Shown one piece after another: positions 60,900-64,000 of a DNA stretch of 64,000 nt. The position numbers and the translations under genes were made by a program. Each line of letters opens with the position of its first letter. Positions within the stretch are counted from its first letter, which is position 1. The notes below the pieces were generated by a model. The model saw only the letters and a program-made list of their open reading frames with translations. It did not search any database and was not told the DNA's origin. The stretch lies in NCBI RefSeq assembly GCF_036321535.1, contig NC_087441.1, positions 45,756,001 through 45,820,000 on the forward strand, written 5' to 3'. The stretch comes from Camelus dromedarius. Its lineage: Eukaryota.

Positions 60900-63800
60900 T
60901 AGAGGCTTCTACTTCCAGTGAGGATGTAAAGAAATGTGAAATATTTTTGGTCATGGGAAGGAACAAGAAAAACTTGGGAAAATAAAACCCATACTTTTCT
61001 ATGGAATTAGCAAAAAGTGATGGATGCAAAGAAACCTTGATGAACTATACTCCAGGGAGAAATGAGCCCTTCCTAGGTAGGCAGGGAACTCTGGCTTCCA
61101 TACCCAAGGGCTGGGCAGGTATAGGTAGATGTAGCAGTGGGGAGTTTCCTCAAGGAGATGCCCTCTGAACCATCTGGAAGAATGACTTTGAGCGCACCAG
61201 GCTAGGATGGGAGGTGGGGAAGGAGTTGGGAATAGTGTGTGCATAGATAGCACTGTCTGGGAACAAGTGAAAATATGACTGGGTCTGTAATGGTGTGGAC
61301 TTATAAAAGACAGAGAGAGTTTACAGGGAGAAATCACTTGGACTTTATGTAACAGTGTGTGCTGGTAGGAAGTGCTGAAAGATCCTTGGGTTCAGTCAGA
61401 GACATAAACCACACTAACAATTTGAATAGGAAAGATTTAACATAAAGAGTTGCTAACTAGGTAAAAGGCAGCTAATTTTTGAAAGAGGTAAAGAAGAACT
61501 CTAAAATAGTAACTGCAGAGAGCAGTAACTATTCCTAAAGCTGAAGGAAAAGTGAATAATGAAGGGACTTAGAAACTCAGAGGAAGGGGGCTCTGTAAGG
61601 CTGAGGGTCAGACCTCTGTCTGTGGAAGCAGCGCGTTGACGTGTGGTGGAGACAGCTTGCTGCTGAACCCAAGAACCATCCTTCTCTTTAGGAACACTGC
61701 CAGGGCTTCTGCATACTGACCCACTTGCCACCATGTAAAACAAAACACTAGAAGAAGACAAAGTCCCTTCTTTTCTCTTCCAGATTTGAAATGTCTCTCC
61801 AATGCCCTCTGTTGACAGAGCCTAAAATCAAGCCAAATGGCAAAGGAGAAATACAGTCTGTAGAATCTAGCTCCAGTATCACAGAACATGATGAAGAAAC
61901 ATGGGTTTGTTGCTGGGAAGCAATAAATTAGTGTGGCACTAAAATACATACGTGGAACACAAAAAAACCAGTGTTGTTATCTCCCCCTTTCTGAATTTTT
62001 TGAGACAGCACCAGTGGAGGAGGGGCTTGTAGGCAGAGAAAAACCATGTAGTTTCAAATATTCTCCTGGTTTTTAGATTCTGGTGGGCCTGCAAGAGTTG
62101 AATTCAAAGGTAAACAAAAAATAGAGGAGACTGGTTGGGAGTTGGGCAATTTAATCTAAATAAATTTAGGTGAACTCAACCTAGATAAAGCGGCAGCTTA
62201 ACACCATTTTAACTCAATTCTAAGTAAATCTGAATAGCCACCTGGCAGAGGAAAGGGTTTGCAATCTGGGAAATAAACAAAACTAAGCAAAACCATTATT
62301 TTCCATTCTCCACTATTTTCCTATACACAATTTCTGGATATACAATTTATTATGTATATTTATATATATAAAGAGAGAGAGAGAGATGTAAAGAAGCAGG
62401 AAAAAATTACTTATGATTGAGAAAAAATACAGGCAATAGGAACATATCCCTGGATGGCCCAGGTATTGGAATTATCAGATAAGTACTTTAAAACAATGAT
62501 TATATATATGTTAAATAATTTAAAGAAAAGAGCTGAATATTTTGGGAGAGAAATGAAAACTCTAAAATAAAAACAAGTGGAAATTGAAATTCTAGAACTG
62601 AGAAATAAAGTACAAGACATAAAAAAATGACTGGATGGGTTTAACAACAGATTAGCCATTGAAGAACAATGAATAAGTAAACTTGAACACAGCTAAGAAA
62701 GAAATCAATGATGTCTAGCTAAAAAGCCAAAAGCAGAGGTAAAATGAAATTCTAAAAAAAAATTCAGGAAATAACAAAGTCAGGAAAAGAGAAATGAAGG
62801 ACATGTAGTAAACAAATAGCAAGATGGTAGACCCAAAGTCAACTTTCTCAATAATTACATTAATTATAAATGGACCAAACACTTCAATCAGGCAGTGATG
62901 ATCAGACTGGATAATAAAAACAAAACCTAGAAAACTGGCTACAAGAGACATATTTTAAATATACAATTGAAGTTAGATTGCAAGTAAAAGATCAATAAAA
63001 GCTAAATATGCAAACATTAATCATAAGAAAGATGGAGTGACATATTAATATCATACAAAGTAGACTTAAAGCCAAGCAGTTTTATCAGAAATAGAGATAT
63101 TCATAATGATAAAGCAGTCAAATCATTAAGAAGACATTAAAATCTTAAATGTATTTGCACCTCAATAACAGCTTCAAAATGTATGTAGTAAAATCTGTCA
63201 GAAGTACAGAGTCAAATGAAAAAATTCACAGTTAGAGTTGCAGATTTTAATACTGTACTTTCTGTAATTGGTAAAACAACTAGACAAAGAATTGTAAAAA
63301 TATAGAGCATTTGAATACCACTGTCAATCAAATTAACCTAATTAGTATTTATAGAACACTATACCCTACAACTGCAGAATAATCATTCTTTTCAACTACA
63401 CATGGAACATTCACCAAGATGGACCAAAAACTGGTCCATAAAACAATCTCAATAAATTCCAAAGGACTGAGGTCACACAGAATGTTTTAAAAGTCAGTAA
63501 CAGAAACTTACCAGGAAAATCCTAAATACATGAAAATTAAAAACAAACCACCAAATAACCATTGTGTTAAAGGAGAAATTTATAAGGGAAATTATAAAAT
63601 GTTTTGAACTGATAGAAAATGAAAGAAAAAAATTCAACATACTAAAATTTGTTGGATGTGGCTAAAGCAATGCTTAGAGAGGAATTTATTGTGTTAAATA
63701 TTCATATTAGAAAAAGAAGAAAGGCCTAAAATCAGTTATTTAAACTTCCAACTTACGAAGCTAGAAAAAGAAGAGAAAATTAAACTCATACTAAGTAGAA

Positions 63801-64000
63801 GGAAGGAAGCAATCAAGTTAAAAGCAAAAATGAATGGACTGAAAAACAGTAGAGAAATATCAACAAAGTCAAAATTGGTTCATTGAGAAGATTAATAAAT
63901 TTGATACTCTCTAAGAAGATTGATCAAGAAAAAGAAGGAAAAATTCACATTACTAGTAGAGGAATGGAAGAAGGGAAGATGTATCTTTATAGATACTAAA
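60900..64000 (+). mobile_element. Old L1 (L1M4/MD/ME-like): 5' region, partial ORF1 and ORF2 EN region, running off the window end
   Basis: GCTTCTACTTCC 5' motif, GAAATTCTAGAACTGAGAAATA (ORF1), and CACATGGAACATTCACCAAGATGGACCA (EN). Many stops. Confidence 0.8.
61373..61939. mobile_element. Old ERVL/MaLR-type LTR inserted into the L1
   Basis: CTGAGGGTCAGACCTCTG, AAGTCCCTTCTT, and GCCCTCTGTTGACAGAGCCTAA motifs. Family not assigned. Confidence 0.55.

Noticed and set aside
1-64000. CRISPR arrays, operons or other prokaryotic or phage systems
   Set aside because: The sequence is mammalian, with spliceosomal introns and no regularly spaced repeat-spacer array.

Overview
Mammalian genomic DNA, most likely a camelid (alpaca/llama/camel), judged from three vic-1-type tRNA-derived SINEs and camelid-type young L1 3' ends. 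The first ~11 kb holds the 3' end of SEC63 on the + strand: coding exons at 1280-1378, 5606-5710 and 6686 onward (the last runs into an N gap), then a long 3' UTR. The rest has no recognisable coding exon. By recalled human synteny it is the SEC63-SCML4 interval plus the non-coding 5' end of SCML4, with a CpG island at ~20.1-20.75 kb, a probable exon 1 ending at a donor at 42862, and intron 1 to the window end. Much of the window is old L1, L2, MIR, MaLR/ERVL LTRs and DNA transposons, and there are three N gaps. I found no convincing new biological system. The most interesting observations are a decayed retroviral env plus LTR remnant interrupted by a 5'-inverted L1, an unidentified 113-nt A-tailed insertion sharing one L1-endonuclease site with a SINE, a CTCF site with upstream motif just after SEC63, a (CGG)10-G tract near the putative SCML4 promoter, and a 5-kb nested transposon stack. 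Repeat family names and boundaries were assigned by eye from remembered consensus sequences and need RepeatMasker/Dfam confirmation.
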